Source: an uncultured Desulfospira sp. (GTDB taxonomy: Bacteria; Desulfobacterota; Desulfobacteria; Desulfobacterales; Desulfobacteraceae). From it: 64,000 nucleotides of DNA. The notes beneath the pieces are model-generated. The model ran no database searches. It saw only the letters and a list, made by a program, of their open reading frames with translations, and had not been told where the DNA came from. Positions 1 through 10,098 of this stretch are shown in pieces. Positions within the stretch are counted from its first letter, which is position 1. Every line of letters begins with the position of its first letter. The position numbers and the translations under genes were made by a program. The stretch lies in NCBI GenBank assembly GCA_963663165.1, contig OY760175.1:2656001-2720000 (forward strand), given 5' to 3'.

Positions 1-2
1 TT

Positions 3-953
3 GTGGGTGCCCGTTACGGTCTGCTGGAGGTGATGGAGCAGGTGCGGCAGGCCGCTCCATTGAACTGCCTTGTAATGCTTGGTGGAGAAACAGGCGTGGG
101 CAAGGAGGTGATTGCCAATGCCATTCATTATTCCTCACCCCGAAGCGAAGGCCCTTTTATCAAGGTGAACTGTGGCGCGTTCTCGGAAAACCTGCTGGAC
201 AGCGAACTGTTTGGTCATGAAAAAGGCGCTTTTACCGGCGCGGTAAAAAGCAAGCGGGGACGGTTTGCCCGCGCGCATCAGGGAACGCTGTTCCTTGACG
301 AGGTCGGCGAGCTGACCCCTGCCGCGCAAGTGCGGCTGTTGCGGGTGCTCCAGGATGGCTATATTGATCCTGTGGGCAGCACAGAAAGCATCAAGGTCGA
401 TGTTCGAATCATCGCAGCCACCCACCGCAATTTACAGCAGATGGTAAAAGAAGGATCATTCCGTGAAGATCTCTGGTTTCGGCTCAATGTTTTTCCCATA
501 GAGATTCCACCGCTCAGAGAGAGAAAAACAGATATTCCGGCTTTTGTGCATCACTTTATCGAACGTAAATTAAAGGCTTTCAATTTGATTGAGCATCCGT
601 CCATATCCCATAATACCATGGAAAGGCTCATCAACTATGCCTGGCCGGGAAATGTCAGGGAATTGGAGAACATCGTTGAGCGGGCCTTGATTCAGCATCA
701 GGGAAAACAGGGGGAAAAACTTGCGTTTCCCGGACTCACAACAAATGGCAGTGTTGAATCAACCGCATCACATCCCCATAACGATACGGGAGAGTTCATC
801 AGCCTGGATGAGGCCATGCGCCGCCATATCCAGAGCGTATTGAAAGCGACTCACGGAAAAATTCAGGGAAAGGAAGGAGCTGCTGATATTCTGGAGATTC
901 ACCCCAATACGCTACGAAGCCGTATGAAAAAACTTGGCATGGTCACGTGTTGA
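3..953 (+). CDS. Sigma54-dependent transcriptional activator (NtrC/FhlA-type), 5' part lies outside the window
   Basis: Walker A GETGVGKE, GAFTGA loop, Walker B LFLDEV, WPGNVRELEN, C-terminal Fis-type HTH. Confidence 0.93.
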   Translation: MGARYGLLEVMEQVRQAAPLNCLVMLGGETGVGKEVIANAIHYSSPRSEGPFIKVNCGAFSENLLDSELFGHEKGAFTGAVKSKRGRFARAHQGTLFLDEVGELTPAAQVRLLRVLQDGYIDPVGSTESIKVDVRIIAATHRNLQQMVKEGSFREDLWFRLNVFPIEIPPLRERKTDIPAFVHHFIERKLKAFNLIEHPSISHNTMERLINYAWPGNVRELENIVERALIQHQGKQGEKLAFPGLTTNGSVESTASHPHNDTGEFISLDEAMRRHIQSVLKATHGKIQGKEGAADILEIHPNTLRSRMKKLGMVTC

Positions 954-1127
954 GTTATCTATAAAATATAGGTACTGAAAACATGCTGATCATATTAAGC
1001 GATTAGGAGGTGTCACATTGGAAGAGAGAGTCAAATAAGGATATACAAAAGAAGTTTAAACAGGAAGCGGAAATATACTGCCTAAACTCCCGTTCGACAG
1101 TTGTAGGTTCATTTTTTCCGAGTTTTG

Positions 1128-1349
1128 TCAGGATTTGAGCAGTGATGCCGCTTGTAATAAGGCGGTTATTTCTTCATCCGAATATATATGGGGTGACAAC
1201 CGTCGCTTGGAAGAGCCAAGCAAGCCTTTTGGTGGGATCTCCGTGTGGAGATCAAAAAGGAACCGATATTTTGCAAAGCGTCGTACCACTTCATAGCGTC
1301 TTTCCCAATAAACAGGCTCGGAGCTTTTTGTTCGTTTTGCCCACCGCAT
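1128..1349 (-). pseudogene. Internal fragment of a RitB-like tyrosine recombinase
   Basis: RWA..WERRYEVVRRFAKY..TEIPPKGLL..PHIYSDEEITALLQAA resembles the N-terminal/core junction of RIT recombinases; no catalytic half. Confidence 0.65.
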
Positions 1350-1444
1350 GTTGTGGCCTTGGCCGGCTGGGGCCATATTTCAGGCTCTTGATAATCTTTT
1401 TATTCTTTGTTCTATCTGGCTTGAAAAAAAGCAAGCTCCTATCC

Positions 1445-1669
1445 TTAATAGGTGAACCGGTTTGGCCGCAACCCATTTCTACGGCAGTACTCCCTTTGAG
1501 ATATTTTGCTCAATTTCCACTTCTTAAAATGTTCTTCCCAGAACTTACTCAGATAGGCCAGCTTGGTTTTATGCGATGGTGTTTTCATGACGCCTCCTAT
1601 TCTTTTTGAGTTGGCGTCATCATACCCCATGGGGTAATTAAAAAAAGATGGGGTTTATTCACCGCTTAC
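1445..1669 (-). mobile_element. IS66-family left end with truncated tnpA (1588..1445)
   Basis: Minus strand starts GTAAGCGGTGAATAAACCCCATC at 1669; ORF FWEEHFKKWKLSKISQREYCRRNGL..FTY with GGAGG RBS and premature stop. Confidence 0.75.
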
Positions 1670-1722
1670 GGAAATTTAGAAGATCTGATCAAGGGTCTGA
1701 GGTGAAGCCTACCCCGGATGGG

Positions 1723-2349
1723 CTACTTTTCTCCGTAACAAATCTGGGTTAACCCCACAATGCTTGTTTTTACGCGGATATGTTTAAAGCCGGCCTGTTT
1801 CATCATGGCGGACATGACCGTATCCGGATATATGTTCAGCCCGTACAGCCAGCCCATGGAGATCCGGGTTAAAAGGCTTTTGCCCGCTGTGACCATTGAA
1901 AACCGCCCCCCCGGTGCAAGTACCCGGAAAATCTCCGACAGGGCTTCATTGGGGTATTCAACAAAGAAAAACATATTGGCACTGGCACAGGCGGTGAACT
2001 GTCCGGTCTTCCAGGGCAGTGATTCAGCACTTCCCTGGAGGATCTCAAGCCGGTTTTGATCCACGGCATCCTGGTTGTTCTTTATGGACAAACAAACCAT
2101 ATCCGGGCTGTGATCCAGGGCCGCACCCTGCCCGGCCTTTTCCATGGCCATGTTTAAAAGCACCCCGCCGCCGCAGCCGATCTCACAATATCTGTCATCT
2201 GGACCCAGGCCCAAAGCGTCCATTATAACCCGGAAAGACCGGTAATGGGCTTTAGGATCATTATATTGCTTCACGGCCCAGTCACCACTGGGTTGTTTGG
2301 CGGTTTTTTCAACAAACCGCTGTCTGATCTGTTTGAGTTGTGGAATCAT
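1723..2349 (-). CDS. Class I SAM-dependent methyltransferase
   Basis: Motif I EIGCGGG, LDHSPDM, GSAESLPW, IFRVLAPGG; start set at ATG 2349 with AAGGGGA RBS. Confidence 0.88.
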   Translation of the reverse strand: MIPQLKQIRQRFVEKTAKQPSGDWAVKQYNDPKAHYRSFRVIMDALGLGPDDRYCEIGCGGGVLLNMAMEKAGQGAALDHSPDMVCLSIKNNQDAVDQNRLEILQGSAESLPWKTGQFTACASANMFFFVEYPNEALSEIFRVLAPGGRFSMVTAGKSLLTRISMGWLYGLNIYPDTVMSAMMKQAGFKHIRVKTSIVGLTQICYGEK

Positions 2350-2581
2350 TTTATCCCCTTTTAAATATGGTGTGAATTTCATCCGGGCAAACATAATTTT
2401 GGCCCGAAACCCTTTTGGTTCAAACACTACCTGAAATTTAACGCATAGGCATTGTATATAAAGGACTCTTATTGGTACCTGGGGATCACGTCCCAAAGTG
2501 CGGATATTTTAACACCTGGTTTTAATGTTTGACAAAACTAATACAATGAGCTATTGCACCCAGGATTAAGGATAAACAGAT

Positions 2582-3568
2582 ATGGCTTCAGTTACACTCA
2601 ATACCTCATGGGATTTTTTAAGAATTTTTGGTCAGCTGTCCCCCAAAGGACTTAAGCACCTGTCCCTGTCGTCGGGTATTGAGTTGCTATTTGTGGACCT
2701 CTGGTCTGATGCTGTTTCGGAAAATACGTTCCATATCGATGCCGCCCCTTTGGGATTTGGCTTTCACCTTTCAGGTTACGGTACCGGTACCATGACCCGG
2801 TCAGCTGCCGGCAGGCAACAAATTGATGTAAGCCCCGGCAAAGCAGTCCTCTCATTTAACCCGGACAGCCGGTGCATGACCCGGATGAAAGAGCAGCAGT
2901 CTTTCCGGGTGCTCAACCTGTATATTGCCCCTGAAACCCTGTATACACTTCTCAAAGGGGATGTCAGCCATGTACCGCCATGTCTTGCCCGGGTCCTTGA
3001 GAACCGGGAACAGGCGCCGTTCAACCTGCCATGTGACATCACGCCGGCCACCCGTATGATCCTGGACCAGATTTACAACTGCGCCTACCAGGGTGCTTTT
3101 TACAACATCTATCTTGAGTCCAAGAGCATGGAGCTGATACTGCGCCTGCTGTGGGAAATATCCAGGTCCGGGCAAAGCTGCCGGGCTGGTCACACCCTTT
3201 CTGACCAGGACAGGACCCGGATCTGTCATGCCCGGGATATCCTGATCCGGGAAATGGACGCCCCACCCTCTCTGAAAAGCCTTGCCAGAAAAGCCGGCCT
3301 CAACGACACCAAGCTTAAGCGGGGGTTCCGCCAGATATTCGGCACCACTGTATTTGGCTATCTGCGCCAGTATCGCATGGAGCAGGCCTGCACCCTTTTA
3401 TCCGCAGGCCGGATGAATGTGGATGAAACAGCATATGCTTTAGGCTTTCACGACACGGCCCATTTTATCCGCCAGTTTAAACAGCATTACGGCACAACAC
3501 CCGGCACTTTTCTTAAACAGGCCCGGTCTTCTTCCCAGTCCGTTCAAACCAGCCATCACACAGTTTGA
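2582..3568 (+). CDS. AraC-family regulator (PchR/YbtA-like)
   Basis: YLESKSMEL, PPSLKSLARKAGLNDTKLKRGFRQIFGTTVFGYLR, FIRQFKQHYGTTP. Confidence 0.92.
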   Translation: MASVTLNTSWDFLRIFGQLSPKGLKHLSLSSGIELLFVDLWSDAVSENTFHIDAAPLGFGFHLSGYGTGTMTRSAAGRQQIDVSPGKAVLSFNPDSRCMTRMKEQQSFRVLNLYIAPETLYTLLKGDVSHVPPCLARVLENREQAPFNLPCDITPATRMILDQIYNCAYQGAFYNIYLESKSMELILRLLWEISRSGQSCRAGHTLSDQDRTRICHARDILIREMDAPPSLKSLARKAGLNDTKLKRGFRQIFGTTVFGYLRQYRMEQACTLLSAGRMNVDETAYALGFHDTAHFIRQFKQHYGTTPGTFLKQARSSSQSVQTSHHTV

Positions 3569-3648
3569 TAAACCAGCCCCCCTTTACTTTTTGGAAACGA
3601 GATAGCCCGTATGATATTACTGGTGGATATTCGGCTGATTCAAAATTT

Positions 3649-5127
3649 TCATGAAATATCCGGGTTATCATGACCGTTAAAAAAAGGCTGTATGCGGCTG
3701 ATCCCTTTGTCATCTAAAGCAAAATCCTGGATCAGGCGCCCCTGGTGAAGCCGGATGATGCGTGAGCATACGGACCCGATAAATTCATAGTCATGGGAGA
3801 CCACAAAAATCAGCTTATTCAGACCTGCCAGGTCGTAAAAAAGATCCCGCACCCGGATCATGCTGCCATAATCAAGCCCGGATGTGGGCTCGTCAAACAA
3901 AAGGATCTCTTTGCCGCAGGCCATGCCCGCAGCAATGGCCAGCCGCTGTTTCTGCCCCCCGGAAAGGGTATGGGGGTGGCGTTGGCCCAACCGGTCCAGT
4001 TCCAGGCGTTCCAGGGTTTTCTCAATCAGATCCGTATCCGGGTGTTTCAGCCCGAACATGCATTCATTGGTAACGCTTTCTGCAAACAACTGAAAGCCCG
4101 GGTCCTGCATGACCAGATAGGATGCGCCCAGCCGTTTTCGTTTTGAAGCAGGCAACCCTTTCCAGAAGATCTGTGCGGACTGTTTTTTATGAAGGCCTGC
4201 AAGGGTCCGGATAAAGGTGGACTTGCCGGCCCCGTTGCTGCCGATAAGCCCGATGATTTCCCCGGTCCGGGCAGTCATGCGGATATCTTTAAACAGATCT
4301 GTTTTTTTATACCGGGCGGTCATGGAATCAACAACAAGCTTTTCAGGGGCGGGCCTGCTGATTTTTGGCAAACGCCTGGGGCAGGCTTTGCCCGGGGTTC
4401 TGCTGCGAAGCCCCATGGATGAAAGCGTTGCCGCAGGGATGGCTTTAAATTGTTTAAGACTGTATTGGGCGGCAATTTTACCGTTTTCCATATAAATGAC
4501 GCGGTCGGCCAGCCCCATCAGGTAATATAGCCGGTGCTCTGCAATGATAATGGTTTTGCCCTGTTTTTTAAGAAGACCCAAATAATTTTCAAGGGTGCGG
4601 ATGCTGGCCGGATCAAGGTTGGCACAGGGTTCGTCAAGGACAAAGACCGGTGGATTAAAGGCATAGGCCGAAGCAAAGGCGATCTTTTGTTTTTCCCCCC
4701 CGGACAGTTCAAACAAACTGCGTTGCCTTAATGACCCGATGTTCAGGTCCCGGGTGGTCTGCCCAAGCCGTTGTCTGATCAATTCAGGACTGACACCTGC
4801 ATTTTCCAGGGAGAAAGCGATCTCCCCATCTGTATCCACATTAAAAAACTGGGTCCTGGGATTCTGAAAAACCGATCCCACATGGCAGGCGATCTGATAT
4901 AAAGGGGTGTTCGGAACGCACAGGCCTGCCACGGTCACACGGCCTGAAAAATCCCCTTGAAAAAAATGGGGAACAAGGCCGTTTATCAGCCGGGTAAGTG
5001 TGGTTTTACCGGAGCCGCTGGGCCCGCAGACAAGCACACATTCACCAGGCTTGATGTCAAGGCTGACATCAAAGATCCCATTGTCAATGCCATGGTATTG
5101 AAAACAGGCCTTTTGGATTTTGATCAT
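3649..5127 (-). CDS. ECF transporter fused double ABC ATPase (A-A')
   Basis: Two NBDs: GPSGSGKT/LSGGEKQ/LDEP and GSNGAGKS/LSGGQKQ/FDEP; VFQNPRTQFF. Confidence 0.93.
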   Translation of the reverse strand: MIKIQKACFQYHGIDNGIFDVSLDIKPGECVLVCGPSGSGKTTLTRLINGLVPHFFQGDFSGRVTVAGLCVPNTPLYQIACHVGSVFQNPRTQFFNVDTDGEIAFSLENAGVSPELIRQRLGQTTRDLNIGSLRQRSLFELSGGEKQKIAFASAYAFNPPVFVLDEPCANLDPASIRTLENYLGLLKKQGKTIIIAEHRLYYLMGLADRVIYMENGKIAAQYSLKQFKAIPAATLSSMGLRSRTPGKACPRRLPKISRPAPEKLVVDSMTARYKKTDLFKDIRMTARTGEIIGLIGSNGAGKSTFIRTLAGLHKKQSAQIFWKGLPASKRKRLGASYLVMQDPGFQLFAESVTNECMFGLKHPDTDLIEKTLERLELDRLGQRHPHTLSGGQKQRLAIAAGMACGKEILLFDEPTSGLDYGSMIRVRDLFYDLAGLNKLIFVVSHDYEFIGSVCSRIIRLHQGRLIQDFALDDKGISRIQPFFNGHDNPDIS

Positions 5128-5861
5128 GACTCACCACCACCAATTACAAAAACCAGCACCGTCAAACCGCAGAACAGCAGGATACAAAGGGCATCAAACA
5201 GGCCAAACCCGTTTATTGAAAAACAGGTGCGCTTTGCCGGATTCTCAATTCCTCTGGCAACACTGGCTGCGGACAATTCGTCTGCAAGCCTTGAAGCGGA
5301 CAGCATCACCGGCACATACAGGCACTCTAAAGTCATGAGAGGAGATCTTAAAAAACCTGCCAGGGACAGAAAAAGCCCTCTCATGCGCATGGCATCTTTA
5401 ATGGCTGAAAAATCCTGTTTAACCCCTGGGAAATATCGCAGCATAACGGCAAAGGCAATGGCAAGTTTGCCAGGAAGTCTAAACCATGCCATGGCAAACA
5501 TAAACTCGCTCACCCGTGTGGTGAGAATCAAAACCCCGCCAAGTACCATGGTGGGCACAAGTTTTTGGACCAGCATGAAAAAAGAGGAGGAAACAATGGT
5601 GATGACCCCGTTTGTATACTCCGCCATAAGCGGCTGAACCAGAAGAATCGCCCCGTAAAAAACGGCTGTTTTAATTGAATGGGAAAAAAGTCCTGACAAA
5701 GCCGCCAGGACCAGGACCGATGCACAAAGGATTATTTCGTAATCGCGTCCCGGCGAAAAGGCGGATAAAACAACGCCCCATACCAGAATCAGAAATTTGG
5801 TTCTGCTGTCAAGTTTAAGCCCGGACCGGATATGCCCGGTGTTTAATAACGCCGTGGTCAT
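5124..5861 (-). CDS. ecfT: ECF transporter T component
   Basis: LDSRTK N-terminus, MRMRG and SVARG Arg motifs, hydrophobic; coupled to both neighbours. Confidence 0.9.
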   Translation of the reverse strand: MTTALLNTGHIRSGLKLDSRTKFLILVWGVVLSAFSPGRDYEIILCASVLVLAALSGLFSHSIKTAVFYGAILLVQPLMAEYTNGVITIVSSSFFMLVQKLVPTMVLGGVLILTTRVSEFMFAMAWFRLPGKLAIAFAVMLRYFPGVKQDFSAIKDAMRMRGLFLSLAGFLRSPLMTLECLYVPVMLSASRLADELSAASVARGIENPAKRTCFSINGFGLFDALCILLFCGLTVLVFVIGGGES

Positions 5862-6463
5862 CGGGTGATGCCTGCCCGTTCAAACTGTTTTTTAAGCAGG
5901 TAACACCCGAAAAGCGAACTGACGGCCGCACAGATAAGGGTGCCCACCGCCATTCCCGGAATCATCCATGTCTGAAAACGGGCCAGCATGGCCTGCATAT
6001 AAGCCGGATCCGTTCCCTTACCCATAAGATACCGGCTGTAGGCATCCGGGTTTATCACCAGCATGATATAAGACCCCATGGGATTCAGGGAAAATAACAA
6101 AAAGGACAAAACATTTAAGGTCTTTTTCCGGTAATTGCCAAGCTTTGCCACAACATCTGCCCCAAAGGCCAGAACCGGGCAGACCAGTGCCCACAGCCAG
6201 AACATGCCCGAGATAAAAATCACCGCACCGGTCAAAGCACCCAGAAGGGTCACAGCCCCGTACCGGCCGGTCATGGAGACAAACAGCAGGTACACAGGCC
6301 CGGTAAAAAGAGCCATGCCCAGAGGCGTTAAAAAAGTCAGCACCGGATTGGGGGCGAAAAATACACCCCCAATAAACATAAAAACAATGTAAAGGGATGA
6401 AAATATGCCGGTTACCACAAGGTCTTTAAAAGAAAGTTCAAAAGTTTGCATATTCGTATTCAT
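5858..6463 (-). CDS. MptD-family putative ECF S component
   Basis: KDLVVTGIFSSLY start, LLKKQFERAGI end, about six TM segments. Confidence 0.85.
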   Translation of the reverse strand: MNTNMQTFELSFKDLVVTGIFSSLYIVFMFIGGVFFAPNPVLTFLTPLGMALFTGPVYLLFVSMTGRYGAVTLLGALTGAVIFISGMFWLWALVCPVLAFGADVVAKLGNYRKKTLNVLSFLLFSLNPMGSYIMLVINPDAYSRYLMGKGTDPAYMQAMLARFQTWMIPGMAVGTLICAAVSSLFGCYLLKKQFERAGITR

Positions 6464-6475
6464 CTAAACTTGCAC

Positions 6476-8512
6476 CTAAAACCGATACCTGAAGGTTAAT
6501 CCAAAGGTCCTTGGATCACCGTTTCTGCCCCACCACTGACCATTCATTTCAAAAGCCCGGGTGGCATATGCCTGATCAAACAGGTTGCTGGCCCACACAT
6601 AAACATCAAAACTGTCTGCCTCGTATCCGGCCTTTAAATCAACAATCTGATAGCTGTCCTGGGATTTTTCATTATCTGCCTCATAATAGATGGTGCCTGT
6701 GCCGTTGAGTTCGGCATTGACCATCCAATGCGCAAGGAAACGGTATGTTGCCCCCAGACCATAGGTATGGGACGGGGAGTTGGGGATATCCTTTCCTGAA
6801 TAGTTTACACCGCCCTTGGTATATTCATCAAAGGTGGCATCCACATACCCCAGGCTGCCGTACACCTCAAGCCCTGTAAGGGGGCGAAGGATCAGTTCTA
6901 TTTCCAGGCCTTTGCTGGTGGCGCTAGCAGCATTGTCTATGACGTAGTCAGGGTAAGACGGCTGTTCCACCTGGAGATCCTCCCAGTTAATGTAAAACAG
7001 CGCAGCATTGAGCTGGACCCGGTTATGGGCCAGTTCACTTTTAAAGCCCAGTTCATAATTCCAGGTATATTCGGAATCATAGGCCTTTCCCGGATCTGAT
7101 CCCAGGTTGAATCCCCCGCTTTTAAACCCTTTGCTCACACTGGCATAGGGCCTGAAATGATCTGTTACATGATAGGTCAGGGCAAATTTTGGCAACAGGG
7201 CATCAAAATCTTTGTCAGAGGAGCCCGCACAAGGGGTGTAGCCCACCATTGCACCGCCCTTCCACTGGTAATCAAAATCTTTTTGTTCGTATTCATACCG
7301 TAAACCGGCCGTGACCACCCATTTTTTAATGGTGTAATCAACCTGTCCGAATACAGCCGCACCAGTGCTGTCTGTATCACCGTATTGTTCGGCAGACACA
7401 TTATAGGGAATGGCATCATATACAATGCTTTGATCATCCTGTGATGAAAACAGGTACACACCGGTTGTCCATTTCCATGCCCCGGCGGACCGGGAATTTA
7501 ACCGCAGTTCCTGGGTATAAAGTTTTCTGTCCATACCGGCCTTAAGCAAAAACAAATCAGAGTCTGTGAAATCCACATCATTTCCATTGGTGGTATCACT
7601 GTTCAAGGCTGTGGTAATGGATGTCAGCCTGACATTTTCCATGTCAAAGGCAACTTTCAACGACACATTGGAAAAATCCTTATCCACATGGCCGGGATCA
7701 TTCACACTGACATCAAAATCACTGTCCTGGGTCTTGTCAAAGGTGGTGAACTCCGAATAGTTGGAATCATATTTTTGCAAATTGATTTTCAGGTCTGCGG
7801 TCAGTTTTTCACTGGGGGTGTAGCGCAAAGAGATTCTGCCGTCATAGTTTTTCTTTTCATCCACTTCATCGTCATTGTCCACGGTATTGGTAAAATAACC
7901 GTCAGACCCCATATATCTTCCGGCCAGGCGAAGAAAAAGCTTGTCTTTGACCAGGGCGCCACCGCCAAAAAGCTCGGTTTCAAGGGTGTTATAATTGTCG
8001 TAGGACAAAGAAAGCCCACCGCTCCAAAGATTTTCAGGGGTTCTGGTGATAATATTGATGACACCGGCTTCGGTATTTTTCCCATACAAGGTGCCCTGGG
8101 GACCCCGCAGAACTTCAATGCGCTCTACATCCATGAGGTTGATGTCTGCGGAAGGATAAAATACGTCATCCACAAAAAATCCAAACACATCACCACCGGT
8201 CATGAACGAAGAAATACCCCGGACCGATGCAATATTCTGGGACAGTCCCACAGGCCCCATTTTGGTCATGTGCATGTTGGGCATGCGCTGGAATAATTTT
8301 TCAGTTGTATCAATGGACCGGTCCAGGATCGCAACGTCATCAATTACAGAGATGCTCATGGGGATCTCCTGGGCGTTCTCTTCTGTTTTATTGGCTGTAA
8401 CCGTGATGCTGTCTATGTCTACCGGATCTTTTGAGTCCCCTGCTGTTGCACCAACCCCAGAACTTAAAACCAGGCCGGCTGCAAGCATTACACAAAAAGC
8501 TTTACAATTCAT
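6476..8512 (-). CDS. TonB-dependent outer-membrane receptor (FyuA-like)
   Basis: Signal peptide, TonB box DSITVTA, ERIEVLRGPQGTLYGKN, C-terminal PRTFGLTFRYRF. Confidence 0.95.
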   Translation of the reverse strand: MNCKAFCVMLAAGLVLSSGVGATAGDSKDPVDIDSITVTANKTEENAQEIPMSISVIDDVAILDRSIDTTEKLFQRMPNMHMTKMGPVGLSQNIASVRGISSFMTGGDVFGFFVDDVFYPSADINLMDVERIEVLRGPQGTLYGKNTEAGVINIITRTPENLWSGGLSLSYDNYNTLETELFGGGALVKDKLFLRLAGRYMGSDGYFTNTVDNDDEVDEKKNYDGRISLRYTPSEKLTADLKINLQKYDSNYSEFTTFDKTQDSDFDVSVNDPGHVDKDFSNVSLKVAFDMENVRLTSITTALNSDTTNGNDVDFTDSDLFLLKAGMDRKLYTQELRLNSRSAGAWKWTTGVYLFSSQDDQSIVYDAIPYNVSAEQYGDTDSTGAAVFGQVDYTIKKWVVTAGLRYEYEQKDFDYQWKGGAMVGYTPCAGSSDKDFDALLPKFALTYHVTDHFRPYASVSKGFKSGGFNLGSDPGKAYDSEYTWNYELGFKSELAHNRVQLNAALFYINWEDLQVEQPSYPDYVIDNAASATSKGLEIELILRPLTGLEVYGSLGYVDATFDEYTKGGVNYSGKDIPNSPSHTYGLGATYRFLAHWMVNAELNGTGTIYYEADNEKSQDSYQIVDLKAGYEADSFDVYVWASNLFDQAYATRAFEMNGQWWGRNGDPRTFGLTFRYRF

Positions 8513-8746
8513 CTCCCATCTCCTTTTTACTTATCAGCCTATCTATATAAAATAAGCAAAAGCTAACTCAAAAACAAAAAAAGGGCGGACATCCCGTGCA
8601 AACCCGCCGGTCATCTGCTGATCTTTTATAAACCTACCCATACCATGGCAGGTAAAACACAGCCTTGTATCTAAGGGTTTGGTTATGGTACCAACGGGGC
8701 AGTCATGGAAATTTCATCTGACCCAACTTGGGCCTTGGACCCATAT

Positions 8747-9136
8747 TTAAACTCTGGAATTTTGACCTGTGGAAAGGCCACGGGTTTTGATATGAAAACG
8801 AAGCATCATGAGCAATGCTGAGGCGGTCAGACTGATAAGCAGGCCGTACCAGATGCCATTGAAATACCCATGGCACCCATAAAGGAAGCGGCCTGCCAGG
8901 TTGCTGCAGCCCTATAGGCTTACATCTGTCCCCAGAGCTTCAGCAGGAAGGTCTCCCTGTCCCACTGTCTGGGTCGCTACCAGGATGAAACGAAATCCTG
9001 TGATAAGCAGAATGTAACCGGAGGGCAGCGGGGTGGCAACAATCTGAATCCCGCTGAGAATGCCGATGCATTTGGTGTCGAAGCCAATACCGGAACCGTC
9101 CGGGAATTTTTTTTGTCGGCTGTTTTATTTAACCAT
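8747..9136 (-). pseudogene. Decayed MATE-family efflux gene (absent from ORF track)
   Basis: One frame ATG(9136)..TAA(8747) with two internal stops; ends GIWYGLLISLTASALLMMLRF, typical of the last MATE helix. Confidence 0.6.
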
Positions 9137-9197
9137 GCCTTCAATCTCTTGATGTTTTTTATTCTTTAGGAGGCAAAAAGCAAGCTCGGATCTGTCG

Positions 9198-10085
9198 TCA
9201 TCTGTTTTCACGGTGTTCTGTCAGGGTGTATTCATAGGCGCCGTTTTCATCCTCGCCTTGTTCCCTGACGATGAAGGGACCCAGACTATCCAGGGAAATC
9301 CAATAGGTTGACCGGCTCTCTTTTGTTTTGACATCAAAAAGCCGGCAGAAAAACGGTGTGTTTGCCAGGGAAATCTGTTCGCTTTCTTTGGCGGTTACGG
9401 CTGCAGTGATGATTTTCAGTTCAGAGGTATCCAGAATCCTAAGGGTAACCGTTTTTTGGGGCAGCATTTTAAACAGACGGCCGGGTAATGTGGTAAACGT
9501 GGTATCAAACCGGTCCATGGGAACGGATATATCCCCTTGCTCATTATCGCTGCCTGAAAGCAGATCAATGACCAGGAATGCTTTATCTGCATAGGGAACT
9601 GTTTGAGCCGCAACAAATGCGGCAAGATCCACAACTTCTTTTTCATCCAGCTCTTTTTTTGTCATGACCCTGCGGGCGCTGCACCACAGGGCCTGGTCGA
9701 ACTGCTTGCCGAACAAATGCCATTTTTCTTTGTTTTCTATGATTTTATGGTCAAAGCTGACCATCCCTGCATGATTTCTCTCAACCACGCTTTTTTCTTC
9801 AATGGTCCAGGTTCCCCAGAATCCTTTCACTTTTACACTTGTGACGGTTTCAATCTGTAACAGATCCACCTCAGACTTTTTTGACGGTGACCGGGTCATG
9901 ACAACTTCGCCGATCTTTTCATCTTTAAGTTTCAGGTTGTATTTGCAGGTGATACTTTGCAGTTGCCCGGCAGCGGCCAAAGATGAGCCCAAAGTGCAGA
10001 ACGCAGCTGCTGAAAAAAGTACAAGGGCATAAAAAAACATCTCTTTTTTCCGGTTAAATGATCCGGCATATATTGGCGTATTCAT
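9198..10085 (-). CDS. Exported hypothetical protein, last gene of the RND operon
   Basis: Signal-peptide-like N-terminus, beta-rich; 13 bp downstream of the RND gene. Confidence 0.75.
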   Translation of the reverse strand: MNTPIYAGSFNRKKEMFFYALVLFSAAAFCTLGSSLAAAGQLQSITCKYNLKLKDEKIGEVVMTRSPSKKSEVDLLQIETVTSVKVKGFWGTWTIEEKSVVERNHAGMVSFDHKIIENKEKWHLFGKQFDQALWCSARRVMTKKELDEKEVVDLAAFVAAQTVPYADKAFLVIDLLSGSDNEQGDISVPMDRFDTTFTTLPGRLFKMLPQKTVTLRILDTSELKIITAAVTAKESEQISLANTPFFCRLFDVKTKESRSTYWISLDSLGPFIVREQGEDENGAYEYTLTEHRENR

Positions 10086-10098
10086 GGTCTTTCTTGTC

